Of a stretch of 64,000 nt of DNA, positions 1-13,200 are shown one piece after another. This stretch comes from Anolis carolinensis (taxonomy: Eukaryota). A program made the position numbers and the translations under genes. The notes under the pieces were generated by a model that saw only the letters and a list, made by a program, of their open reading frames with translations, did not search any database and was not told the origin of the DNA. How positions within the stretch are numbered: position 1 is the first letter of the stretch; each line of letters starts with the position of its first letter. The stretch covers positions 304,243,402-304,307,401 of the forward strand of contig NC_085841.1 of the NCBI RefSeq assembly GCF_035594765.1. Direction: 5' to 3'.

Positions 1-1014
1 TGGTATAATTGTTGCTAATAGAGTGGTCAATAAGACAGAAAATCTCCAGTTAAAAGGTGGCTTTAGGCTGGGATGAACAACCATCAAGTGATGGGATGCT
101 ACACTGGATGTGTAGGGAACATTTGAAAATTGCATGTTCCTCCTGTCATACTCAACCCCAAATTTATGGGTGCTGTTGCAGAAACCTAGGGATGTCATAG
201 AATCATAGATGATGATTGGGGGGGGGGGGATACTTATATTGCTGTTAGATTTGGCAAACTGCCATAAATTCTATATGAATTTCATAGAATAAAAATTCTG
301 CTGGCCAGATTCTACATCATCTACTTAGCTACATAAATGCATCTGATTAAGTGTTTCTGATTGTCACAGCCTCGCTCACTCATGGGAAGGAGGTGAAGCA
401 TTGTTCCATGCCTTGATCACAAGCTGAAGAGACCCCCTTCACTTGACTGGTAAAGAATTTTGTGAGGGCATTCATGAGCATGACAATAGCGCCATGATCA
501 TGATTATGTAGTGCTTGTGAGTAAGAATCAGTTATGGACCTGTAATTTGGGGGTATGCACTCATAATACTAACTGCCACTGTTTTATAGTTGTTGAGCAG
601 ATTAAATATACAACCTAGTGGGCTAGTAAAAAAGTAGAATTTGAATTAAGGACACTCCATGTGAAATGTTCTCAAATCCTTGAATATACAATAGATATCT
701 AACATCTACTTTCCCATAAAACAGGAAATATGAATGATCTCTAAAGGTACAATGGAAGTATTGAAGTTCACATAATGAAATACATCTTTTCCCTAGTGAA
801 AAACACAGATTTGAAGTACCTGGGTGTTTAGGAATGTCCAAAGCTCAACAGAAACCAGCATATACACATAGGTTGTTTGATGAATAAGCCCAGAGGGTGA
901 AACAGGGAAATCTTTACACAGTTTCTGTCCATGCTATCTGTAATCTAAATCAGTGGTAGATAATTTGTGTCACCACCACGTCATAGCCTGCCTCCCATCA
1001 ATGCTTTCACTTAC

Positions 1015-1200
1015 CTTCCTTTTGACTTCCTGCTGCACCAATACTCTGCTGTGTTAATAAACTCTGGTTGTAAAGTGTGGGCAATGCAGCAGCAGCATAT
1101 TGCTGGATTCCAGAATAGGCCTGAGTCAGGGCCTCCATTGTGCTCCCTGTGCCATTTGAAAGGCCACCACTGCCTAAACCACCATTCAAGGCTGCCATTC
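1015..1200 (-). CDS. CELF1: CELF1 coding exon (GMAALNGG...GSQKEG)
   Basis: tag|GAATGG acceptor, GAAG|gtaag donor; 186 bp. Confidence 0.95.
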
Positions 1201-4200
1201 CTATACAAAAAAGCAAAGAAAAGCATATAAGTAACTGATTTATTACCCAAACATATTCCATTATTCAGTTAATAGGAGCCACACTTTGTAGGAATCAAAT
1301 CAAATGGCTCATTTTGGTTTCAGTCTTTCACAGTCTTTTGGTCATGTTGATCTTACCTGCTAAAGAGCCAACATTGAGGCCTGCAGTAGCCCCAGCCAGT
1401 GTTTGCAATGCTCCAAGAGAAGCCATTGGGTTAACTGAAGAACTGCTACTGGAACTTGGTGATGAACCTGCTATTAAAATGAGATAGTTAGCTGCTTCCA
1501 ACGTACTGCTTACTTTCTCAAATGCCAAAAAATGTTGAACTAATGGTTTGATTAAGGCATACCGAGGATGCCATAAATATATTAAACAATGAAATAATCA
1601 ATTCTCTAATTGTGTACAGTAGCGTTATTATACTAATAGAAGTACTGTGGTCTAATCTGTTGTGATCCTGATTGTCCCCAAAACATTCAGAAAGATTGGT
1701 TGCTTATCTGTAATGGTAGTTCTTCAAGTGGTCATCTGTGAACTCACACAAATGGGCAAAATGTGTCTTACTATAGTATGCTACTGTGGCCTGTAGCGAC
1801 AATATAGTTGGTAGACGTAGTTTGCTTTCCTTTGTGGTCTCTCCTTATATGTTGTTTTATATTATAAAAATGTGTTTTTACTTTTTAATAAAGACATATT
1901 GTAAAAAACAAACAAACCCCCAAATAGGTTACTTGCATCCTCACAGTGCATCATCCAGAATTTCCTAGATCTCTTACATAAATATTCCAGCAGAAGTCCC
2001 ACCCACTCCCCACATACCATATCTACACACTTCTTGCCTAAACCCCCAGTTCCTTGATGCCAAAGCAGCAGCCATGGCTCTAAGGATAGACAGGATACAA
2101 GGAGAGGAGGATGGGTAGGGTTGAGTGAGTTCACATATGACTACTCGAAGAATTGCAATTACAGGCAGGGGCGGTTCACCCATAAGGCAATTTAGGCAGT
2201 TGCCTCGGGCGGCATCGTTTTGGGGGGGGGGGGGCGCACAGTTGAGGCTGTCTCCTGCCGGGTGAAGCAGCTGGCGAGCGTGCTCTCCAGCTGCTTCACC
2301 TGGAGGCAGCCCCGCTGGAAGCGGAGCCGAGGCACGGGTGGGCGAGTGAAGGAGGGCTGCAAAGGCCCTCCCCCCTTCATCTGCTCACTTGCTCCTTCAC
2401 CACACCGGGCACTGGTGCTGCCGGCCGCGGCATGGCAAAGGAGCCGAGGCACGGGCGGGCGAGTTAAAGAGGGCCACAAAGGCCCTTCCCCTTCATACGC
2501 TCGCTTACTCCTTCACCACACCGGGTACTGGTGCTGCTGGCCTCGGCATGGCGAAGGAGCCAAGGCATGGGTGGGTGAGTGAAGGAGGAGGGCCGCAAAG
2601 GCCCTTCTCCTTCACCTGCTCGCTTGCTCCTTTGCCACACCGGGCGCTGGTGCTGCTGGCCCCGGTGTGGAGAAGGAGCCGAGGCACGGGCGGATGAGTG
2701 GATTACCAATACCGCATTGAACTGCTTTTTCTGTGGATTTGTTGCAAAACATGATGTTTTGGTGCTTAATTTGTAAAATCATAACAAAATGTGACATTTA
2801 ATAGGATTTTCCTTAATCCCTCCTTATTATCCAAGATATTCGCTTATCCAAGGTTCTGCTGGACCGTTTAGCTTGGATAAGTGAGACTCTACTGTATGTG
2901 GAATGTCAGTCCTTGAGGCAAATGTGAATGTTGTAAGTGGCCACCTTGATTAGCATTGAATGGTTTTGCAACTTCAAAGCCTGTCTCGGGGAATCCGTTG
3001 TTGGAAGGTGTTAGCTGGCCCTGATTGTTTCCTGTCTGGAATTCCTCTGTTTTCTGAGTGGTGTTCTTTATTTACTGTCTTGATTTTAGAGTTTTTTTAA
3101 TACCAGGGGCGAGATTCCCTTTCGGTGGCCTTTTAATTGTGGATTATCTGCCTTGATATTCTGGGTTATATGGCTGTGTGGAAGAGCACTGAGGGTCCTT
3201 CCACACAGCCATATAACCCAGAATATCAAAGCAGAATAACCCACAATATCTGCTTTGAACTGGGTTATTTGAGTCCACACTGCTCTATATCCCAGTTCAA
3301 TGTTTGGTGCTAAATCGGCAAATATAGTAATTCCTACATAACATTACCATGTATTGAACTGCTTTTTCTGTTGGTTTGTTGTAAAACATGATGTTTTGGT
3401 GCTTAATTTGTAAAATCATAATGTAATTTGATATTTAATAGGCTTTTCCTTAATCCCTCATTATCATCCAACATTTTCGCTTATCCAGCGCTTTTATTTT
3501 TCAGTGGTTTGTTTTTTTTGGGGGGGGGGGGCAAAATTCTGTTCGCCTACACTTTAAAATTACCTACGGCTGGCCCTGGTTACAGGTGAGCAACCTGCCC
3601 TCCTTTGTTGTCTCTGTAACTAACAGAAATGGGAAACCAGTAAGCTACTAACCATAGGAGGCAATGTTATGCCTCCCAGGTATTATTATACAGCTGTCCC
3701 AAACACCACCACTGTTTGAAATCTGGTAGGAATTTTGGAGATGTGGTACAGTGGGTTCCCTCTCAAAAGCTAGCCAATGCTGCCATTGCCCTCAAGTTCA
3801 TAGGCCAAATGGATGCTCACTGCAACCCATCTGGAGATATGTTGTGCTGAGACAGGTAGATGAATAATACAGAATCTATATGTCTTTCTGAAGGAAAATG
3901 AATGGTGTATGTCCAGTGAGTGGTGTGACTCTCAACTTATGTCTAGGAGAGAGGACTAATGATCTATCATCTTCTATCTCACATAATGAAGTGCTAACAA
4001 TGCCTCCATCAATGAATCTGTTTCATGAATATGATCTCATGACCAGTGTTGACAAGAAAAAGGATCTAAACAGTAAGAATAAGAATAATCACAATCATGG
4101 AAATTATGATAGGGACATGAAGATGACAAGGTAATAATACAACAAAGCTTCCTGGTACAGCAGAGTCAGATAATGGAATAGGGGAAAGCAGGTGATCCTG

Positions 4201-7200
4201 AAGAGATGAGACCACAACTGAACTCAAAACTTAATCAGGAGTTTTACCAGCACATTCAATGCACTTTTTATAGGGGTTCACAGAACCCATAATAACAGAG
4301 AAGCGGATGCAAAATCCAAACCACAAAGCAAAGCAAAATTGTTGTGAGACAGTCCAAGTAAGGAAAAGTAAAAATTTGAGAATCATGGTTAGCCAAAAAC
4401 ATGACAAAAATTCATCCAACAATCTGGGTTTGAGTATTAAAACAATGGCACCAAGGGAGTGGGCAGGTCTACCATCAAAATGCTTGTGTAAAAGCTCTAG
4501 AAGGTTCTAAATGATGCACTGTGGAGGTGTGGGTAAGCCATTTGTATGAGTCACAGAGATTACAAAGAAGTATTAATAATGCTTCTCTATCATACAGAAT
4601 TCTGAATTCTGGCTGGTTCATCTTTTCATTAGTGCTTTGTACCTGAAAATAAAGACACAAGTCTGGAAACATTGCCTTAATTTACATTACAGCTACCATT
4701 TTTAAAAAAGGAACCCATGGTGCAGAAACAAACATTCTCATGACTCCTCCTAAGTTCCAGTAGACTCCTGCTAATTTCTAGGAGACTGCTTATGAGGATA
4801 CAAAAATCTGTTTTATTGGTGCAATAAACAGCGGCATAAGGAGCAAGTTTAATTACTATCCCAATGACATCCTCAAATAAATAGTTCTACTTTTTTCCGC
4901 ACAAGTGAAATAACTGCCATTCACTTACATAAAAAGAAGGGCTGCATTTGAACACTTATAATACAGTAAAGACAAAACTTTCTCCAATGAAGACTCTGGT
5001 TTCAAAATTTAAAGTCTGCTCATGTGCACACATGCATAAGCATAGTGACTTGCAAACCAAATATCAAAGTGGGTAACTGTCATGAGTAGGAAGAGGCACA
5101 GTATCTTGGAGGGAGCTAATATGCTCTGGGGGCAATTCTGCCATGTTTTTGCCTCCCCTCCACTTCATGTTCCCATTCTGATTTTGTAAAAAGGCCCCTC
5201 CTGAGCTGGGGTGGAGTGGGAAGAGAGAAACATCAGTTTATAGTTTAAGCATGGATAGTTGGTTCTACGGCCATGTAGAATGTGGCTCTAGGACATCAAC
5301 TTTGTATTTTATCAGGAAATCGCTCTTACCTGAACTGGTGAGCACACTTAGAGGACTGTTGGAAGAATTGAGTGCAGTAGTACCACTTGGTGTGTTCTGA
5401 GCTGCACTGGCTGCAGCTGCTAATGCAGCTAGGTTCTGCAACTGCATTGCGTTCAACCCTGAAACACATCAATTAACACACATTATGCCTGCATCTGTAC
5501 TGCTAACCTCTAGATCTCTGATGGATCCAAAAGCACTACCATTCAGTAGCTTCTTTTAGGCACAAGGATATACAAAACCATTATGAACCCCTGATGCAAA
5601 AAAACAAAAAAAAAAAAACAAAAACAAAAAACACCTTTTCCTAACATTACAGCTTCTGGGGTTGTTGTATGTCTTTCGGGCTGTGTGGCCATGTTCCAGA
5701 AGTATTGGCCACACAGCCCGAAAGACATACAACAACCCTGTGATCCCGGCCATGAAAGCCTTCGACAACACATTACAGCTTCTATTTATGGAATCATGAC
5801 TAGCCTAAGAAACAATGTGCCATCTCATCAAGCTTCAGCAGGAGACAAAGAAGCAAGATTTATCCACCAGCTATCTCTCAAACTACCACATGACCCAAAT
5901 ATTTGTGAGATCAGTATCCACAGTCTATTTATTCACATTTGACAAAAATATGTTCTCTATAATCAATTTCTATGTTTTCCAGCGTGACTCTATGGTCTTC
6001 TTGGGCCAGAAGTCTTTCTTTTCAATAGGGTTTGCTATTGTCTGCATTTTCACATATCCATTTGAAGTCTAGGAACACACACCTCATGGATTTGGGGTCA
6101 TAGTGTATTTCTATCCCAGAACTCAATAACATTAAGTACCAATACTCAGGTCTGTTTGATTTCCTTTTCCCTCCCCAGAGTTTGTTTCCTTCTCTGTTTT
6201 GTCTTTAATACTGAGAGTTTGTAATAGGCTATTTGTGCTATTTGATATTGACTTTATGTAATCTGTTCTGAGAGATTACCATCTGGAGAGGGGGCAAAAA
6301 TGCTTTAAACAATCACTGTTAAAATAGAACCAAATATTCTGTTTGCAGCTCCATGGTGATTAGCTCCAAGCATGGTTTAATTCAACCCACATGCTGCAGA
6401 AGTACTCACCAACCCACTTACCCTTCTTTCAGTCCCCATAAAACTAGAATCAGCTACAACTGGCAGTGACTATACATTTTTGCAGCCTCTGCATATTATA
6501 GAAGAATTAGGCAGAACCTGCCTCCAAATCCTGTTGGGCTACAACCCACTCCAGTCCTATTCAGTAAAGGCAATTGTGAGAGACAATGGGAGTTGTACTA
6601 ACTGTGGGAAAAACAGCAAGTGAAAATTCAGATGCTTTTGACAGTCACTCAATACTGACAAAGCAGCTGTTTTTTTCTTCCCTTTATCGTATTGACATCT
6701 TACCTCAAACTCTCAAAGCATCAAGGGGGCATTATCTTACATTGTTGTACACTATAATCATACTTTTCAATACTTAAATAAGGTGGCGCTTCCACTCCAT
6801 TATCCTTACCATTCTCCTTCCCTATCATGCAAGAATCTTCCGAGTACACTGTTAATCTCATTTAGAGGCTGTAAATGCCTTCCTATTCAGTTACCCACTC
6901 CCAAGTATTCTAGATTATTTTTGCTTACATATTAGTTTCAACTCAAAAACCAGTCTAGAAATATTTTGAAATTAAATACTGGTAATAAAATACGTCATTG
7001 GAACTTCTATTCATCATAGGAACGGGATTCAATAGAGAAAAAAATAGTTTAATTACAATTTTGCTAATGGCTGAAAAACGGATTTCTTTCTATAAAAATT
7101 GCCAAGCAAATTAAGGAATGGGTTTTAGTTGGGATTTTAACTCCATTGAATGTTTAAATTATGTCTGGTTAGTTATTTATTACGTTGTTGTGTCCTTTAT

Positions 7201-10200
7201 AATTTTTCATGAGATGTTGTTTTGATGACTATGTTTATTTTCATGGTTGTAATGTTTTTGTTTACATGTTGTTCACTTTGAGTCCTGATCTGGGAGAAAA
7301 GCATGATATAAATAAATTAAAATAATCTTTTTCAATTTTCAATATGAATCCTAGACACATTTGGACTAACATAAAGACACCATGATTTTTTAAATTGCTA
7401 CTGAAGGACATCTTCAATAGTAGTTTCCAGGAGTTCTTATTGCTACTGCATAAGGCATCAAGAAACAAAGTGTATCATCCAGTTATAATCCCTCCTGTCA
7501 ATGAACAGCTTCTATCACCAGAAAGGGGAGAATGCCATTTCCACTAAAATCTCCTGAAAATATGTTCTGGAAAGGGATCATGGAGGTGCTAATAGGTGAG
7601 AAACATAGAAGCCTGTTTTGTTTTGCAAGTAGAAGGTCGTGGATGTGACATGCCTGAAGTGTGTTTACTTCATAAAATCATACTGGCCTCATTGCTAAAC
7701 CATCTCTTGAAAGATATTTGAAAATATGCATTGTTGACCCTTTGCTAGAAAATTAGAGGATTCTTCTAGGATGTGAGTTTGAGTAAAAGGAAAATATCAC
7801 AACAGAATTATGATTCCCAACTCCATATACCAAGCTTCTGTGCTACTATTATTTGTGTTTGTGGACAGATATAGTGCTTGTGCTTTCTGTTTTTCTGCCA
7901 TTGGATCTAGATGGAGTAACTGAGTTTCTCTTCATTATTGCAACAACATGATATCTGCTAGTCACTAGACATAATTGAAGAACACATTATGAAAAGTGAG
8001 TGCCTTGCAAGGAAAGTGAGGACCTGCTTCTAAAATAGGTACAACTGAATTTTCTATGTATTTAAAATATTTTCTGTAGAAAGAAGAACAGGACAATTTT
8101 GCTATCAAAGTCCTTGGGGAAAATACAAAGACAAGATAGAGTTTGGAAAGCAAAAACCGCTGTACTCTGTTATTGACAACCGCAATAAATCTTTGCCAAC
8201 ATTAGTATATCACACCACACAGTCTTAAGAGCAATTTGCATTAATAATTACTATAATTATTTTTCCCATTTTGCTGTCAACCCTTTACAAGTACAAAGAC
8301 ACTTACCACCCATTGGGTGAAGGCTGCCCAGTGTGTTCAGATTCCCAGAGGATGCTGCTGCTGTTTGCTGAAGGAGCTGTAAATAAAGCTAGACATTACA
8401 CCAAAAACAGAACAAGAGTGAAAATGAGGGCTGGCTCCACTTCTGGGAGGCACTGCACTACACCACAGCCAGAGTGCCGTCTCAAGCAGAATTCCTGTTG
8501 CTGATGCATCACACAAGATCAAGCTACACACAGAGCAATGACATTCTCCAATACCGGGTAAGAACGTCATTTAAAAAGGAAAGTTTTGATGAACCATGCC
8601 ATTCCAGGTGAAATAGTCTCTCTGAAATCATGGCTCATGCATTGCTAATTATGTAATTGTAGACAAAATGGTCCACACCACAGCAGCAACAACAACAACA
8701 ACAACACACAGGCACTACATTATATGGAGAAAACAACATGATTTCCTTATTTATGCCATCAGCAAAGCCTCTCTAAGGCCAGCCCTTATCATACATAGAC
8801 TGTGTCCTCTGCACCAATATGAAGGCTATGAAGTGATAACAATGGAATGACTATTCACCTATATTCAGCACCTTGTCTGGAAAATACTATAACAAAGCAA
8901 ATTTCTGGTACAGAACCTAAGTATAAGAGTACTTATACGCTAAGCTACAACTGTAGTTAGGGAGTGATACTGCACAACAACTATCAAAGAAACTCACTGC
9001 TAAATACTGGGGTCCAAGTGTATTCAATCCAGCCAGGTTTCCCCAAACGGAGGCAGCACTGATTTGTTGCATCTGCTGCTGGAGCTGCTGTGCAATTCGT
9101 TTCTGTTCTTTATCCTTTTGGGTATCTGCAAACTTCACTACGATGGGGGAAGAGCACCCCTGAAAAACAAGTCACATAAATAGACCCTCAAGCATTCACC
9201 CCACCAAAATCTAAGAAACAAGTCCTAACTCTTTACAAGCAGAACTGGGGAACACATTGATTAGAAGTTCCTCATCTGCTGTTAACTCTTATTTTAAAGA
9301 TTGTACCAGGGCTTCAGCCTGAATAGACAGAATTGAACTCTATTTGCTAGCAAACTTTCAAGAATAGTTACAGTTGGCCATATTTTCTTCGGTCCCACTT
9401 TGTATTATTTCCTCCTCTCCACATTCCTGAAATATTGCACCCCCCCCCCCCATCTATTCCCAACTGCTTTTCAATCCTAGGCTAAAAACATTTCTGCACT
9501 CTCACTTTATATAAACATATGATTCCTCTTAAGAAAGTCTGAGGGATTCCACAAATCCAATGGACTCATTTCAGCTCTTATTCTTTATATTTTATCTTAC
9601 TACTTTCCTCTCAAGAGTGGAAAGTGATGTGACTCAAGCCGCATACTTAAAAAACTAAGTTAACTGTAGAGGTTTTGACATTTGCTGTGGCCTAAATCCA
9701 ATTGTTAGTCTTAACAACAGCATGAAGTTTCCAGAGATTTAGTGGGTTGACTAGTGTGATTAACAATTGGATTTATGCTAGTATCCATAGCTCTTTTCAA
9801 TTGTGCATCTTAAACATCACACTTCTTGTGATCAAACAAAAACATGTCTTACCTCCATGGTCTGTGCTTGATGCATTGCTTTGATTGCAGTTTGTGCCAT
9901 AGCTCTTGTTGTAAAAGTCACAAAAGCACAACCTGAAAAGAAAAAAGGATTTAACTCAACCATCGTATTTATATCAGCCTAGAAATGGAAAGTGAAGACA
10001 TCCATTCTGCTGATTTTTAGACTGTCCAAATGAAATGCTGGGTAACAAGAGAGATCCTTGAAAGTGAAATTGCAGAGTTCTATCTGCTTACCTCGACTTA
10101 GGCCATCAGGACCCCGCAGAATTCTGCATTCTTCTATCTGCCCAAAGGAGGAAAACATCACTCTGATATCATTTTCATTGCACTTCTTTGAGATCATTCC

Positions 10201-13200
10201 AATGAATAACTTCCTATCTTCCACTGCTAAAGAAAGGAAGAACAAAAAGGAAAATCACTCTATAATGGCTGAATGACTAATAAGACATTGTTTACTCCCT
10301 GAATGAACCTTTCCTGACTGAAATAATGAAAGCTTTAACTGTTTACTTCAACTGTGATTTGTGACTACAACCTTACAAGATGACTTCACATTGCACACTG
10401 CATATCCATGATAAATTTTAGTAGATTTGCACTAAATAGTATTCATTTTAGAAAGTACGTCTATGGATGTATATACACACTAGTCGAAACCATTGGCTCC
10501 TGGTTTGTTTCTGGGCACAATTCAAATATTGGTTTTGACCTACAAGCCCTATATGGGCTTGGGTTCAGACTATCTTCATATACAAGCCAGCTCACACTTT
10601 AAGATCTGCAGGGGATTGCTCCCAGATAGTGGAATTTCCTTCCACAGGAAGTCCAGTTAGTTAACTTCCTGTAATTTTTCCAGCGGCAGGTCAAGAGAAT
10701 TGTATTCAGGTACACCTATGTTACGTAGCAAAAGTGTAATCTGATGTACTGTATTTCATTTTTAATTTTTTTTATCGTAATTATGATTTAAATGTGTTTT
10801 AAACTGTGTAACCACATTTTAAAAATATTATTTACTTCTTAACTTTTGTAAAATAAGAATTTAAATTAATCTTGTTTTAAATTATTGCAACCCATTTTGG
10901 CTCCCACTCCAGGAAAAAGGCAAGATATAAATGCAATAAACAAACTAACTAATTAACCAACCACATACAGGCAGTCCCCAAGTTATGAACAAGATAGGTT
11001 TTGTAGGTTTGTTCTTAAGTTAAATTTGTATGTAAGTCAGAACAGGTACATTTTTAAGTGTATCTTCAAACATACAAACACACACACACATGCACTTTGG
11101 GGCTGGCAAAAATTTGACCCCACCTCCCAGTGGTGATGGCTGGATAACCAACCAATGGGGCAATGGTCTGCAGTGATAGGAGGTGCAATGTGTGCCAGCT
11201 GCAGTACAAACAGTTGCATCAACCTGTCAAAATCACAAAAGTTTTTTTTCTGAGGATTGCCCAAAACAAAGCCATGTGAAAACAACAGGCAAAGCGGACC
11301 TGCAAATTCGTGGGACAAATGTTAGGAAGAAGATGATATATAGGAACTCTGGATAGCATCGGGAAGAATTAACACCCTTGTGGTGTTTGTTTTGCTGTCT
11401 GCGCCCCTGTTCAGAAGATTTCACCTCACTTTCTGTCCTTGTGGGAATTGGATGTTGAAAAAATTGGCTTGTTGTGGAAACAAGGATAGGTGATAAAGCT
11501 TCAGTGGAGACTGCTTTCTCCCATGACAATGCTTTCAGAAGTGAATTTCTGTTCTTAGGGGTAGATTTCTCTCACTTTCTGTTGTCTCATCCCCATTCTT
11601 AACTGTGAGTTGTTTTTAAGCCAGATGTTTGTGACTCAGGGTCTGCCTGTACTTGGTGTTACTCATTAAAAATCTACAGAAAGTCAAAAATTGTGATTCA
11701 CAAAAATGCATACTTTTATCTTGATTTTTTTCAATATCATAAATATTACTAATCTCTGTTTTAATATAGATGGGATGGACAAAAACAGAAGAAAACTGTT
11801 GTACATATCTTTAAATACTATATTTTGAAGACTATTTCCACACACAAGGCATTATCTTTTATAGAATCATAGAATCATAGAATAGTAGAGTTGGAAGAGA
11901 CCTCATGGGCCATCTAGTCCAACCCCCCGCTAAGAAGCAGGAAATCGCATTCAAAGCACCCCCGACAGATGGCCATCCAGCCTCTGCTTAAAAGCTTCCA
12001 AAGAAGGAGCCTCCACCACAGTCTGGGGGAGAGAGTTCTACTGCCGAACAGCCCTCACAGTGAGGAAATTCTTCCTGATGTTCAGGTGGAATCTCCTTTC
12101 CTGTAGTTTGAAGCCATTGTTCCGTGTCCTAGTCTGCAGGACAGCAGAAAATAAGCTTGCTCCCTCCTCCCTATGACTTCCCCTCATGTATTTGTACATG
12201 GCTATCATGTCTCCTCTCAGCCTTCTCTTCTGCAGGCTAAACATGCCCAGCTCTTTAAGCCTCTCCTCATAGGGCTTGTTCTCCAGACCCTTAATCATTT
12301 TAGTCGCCCTCCTCTGGACGCTTTCCAGCTTGTCAACATCTCCCTTCATCTGCGGTGCCCAAAATTGGACACAGTTCTGAATTTCTCCTAAAGCCTTCAT
12401 CTTAGGTACACCCTAAGCACCCCTACGCATACTGGAGTTACTTTTCCCCAAGCATAGCATTTGGACAAGTAAACCTGGTAACTGGGAAATAGGTTTTGCA
12501 CTTCCAATGAATGTTGGAATTATATAGCTGAAGGTGTCCCTGTAATTATTATCTCTTTGTTATCTATGTTCTCAACAGCCCCCTCCCTGCAAAGCACAGG
12601 GCCTAGTTTCGTGGGGTCTACTCCTCCTAAGACTAAGGCACAAATAACAGGCAGTATGTAAGGGGAAGCCGGGGCAGTTGGCTCATATGGTAGGCTACTG
12701 TTTCCTAAGTTGAAATGGGTGACTTCTCACATAATAGATCTCATTAAAACAAAACATACGTTATGACACTTACCATTATTCTTTTCACTGTCAGCTGGCT
12801 TCATCTGAATGGGATGGTGCATCTATGGGAGAGGAAAGGAAAAGTCACATTTTCTGGAACAGAATAAATCCAGCTTACATTGACTTTAAGCTACTGTAAC
12901 AGACAACTTATAACCTCATTATTATACTGATATATAAGAAGAAGAAAAAGAAAACCAAAGGGTTCCACATATTCAGTGCCAGGAAATTTGGCACTTTGCG
13001 ATTTATGTGGAGAGGTTGAAAGACAAATGAGAGAAATAAGGTTCATTATCTTACCCCTGGGAGGATCTTCATGTTATGAAGAGCATTCTGTGCTTCTAGT
13101 GCAGCTTTACGGGTATAAAATGTAACAAAACAGCACCCTGTAAAGCAAGTAAGTTCTGTGATACATCGAATATGAGAAGCCACCTCTCTAGCATGCATTT

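Noticed and set aside
1-1014. CELF1 RRM3 exons
   Set aside because: No PEGANLFIYHLP-encoding sequence found; these exons must lie outside the window
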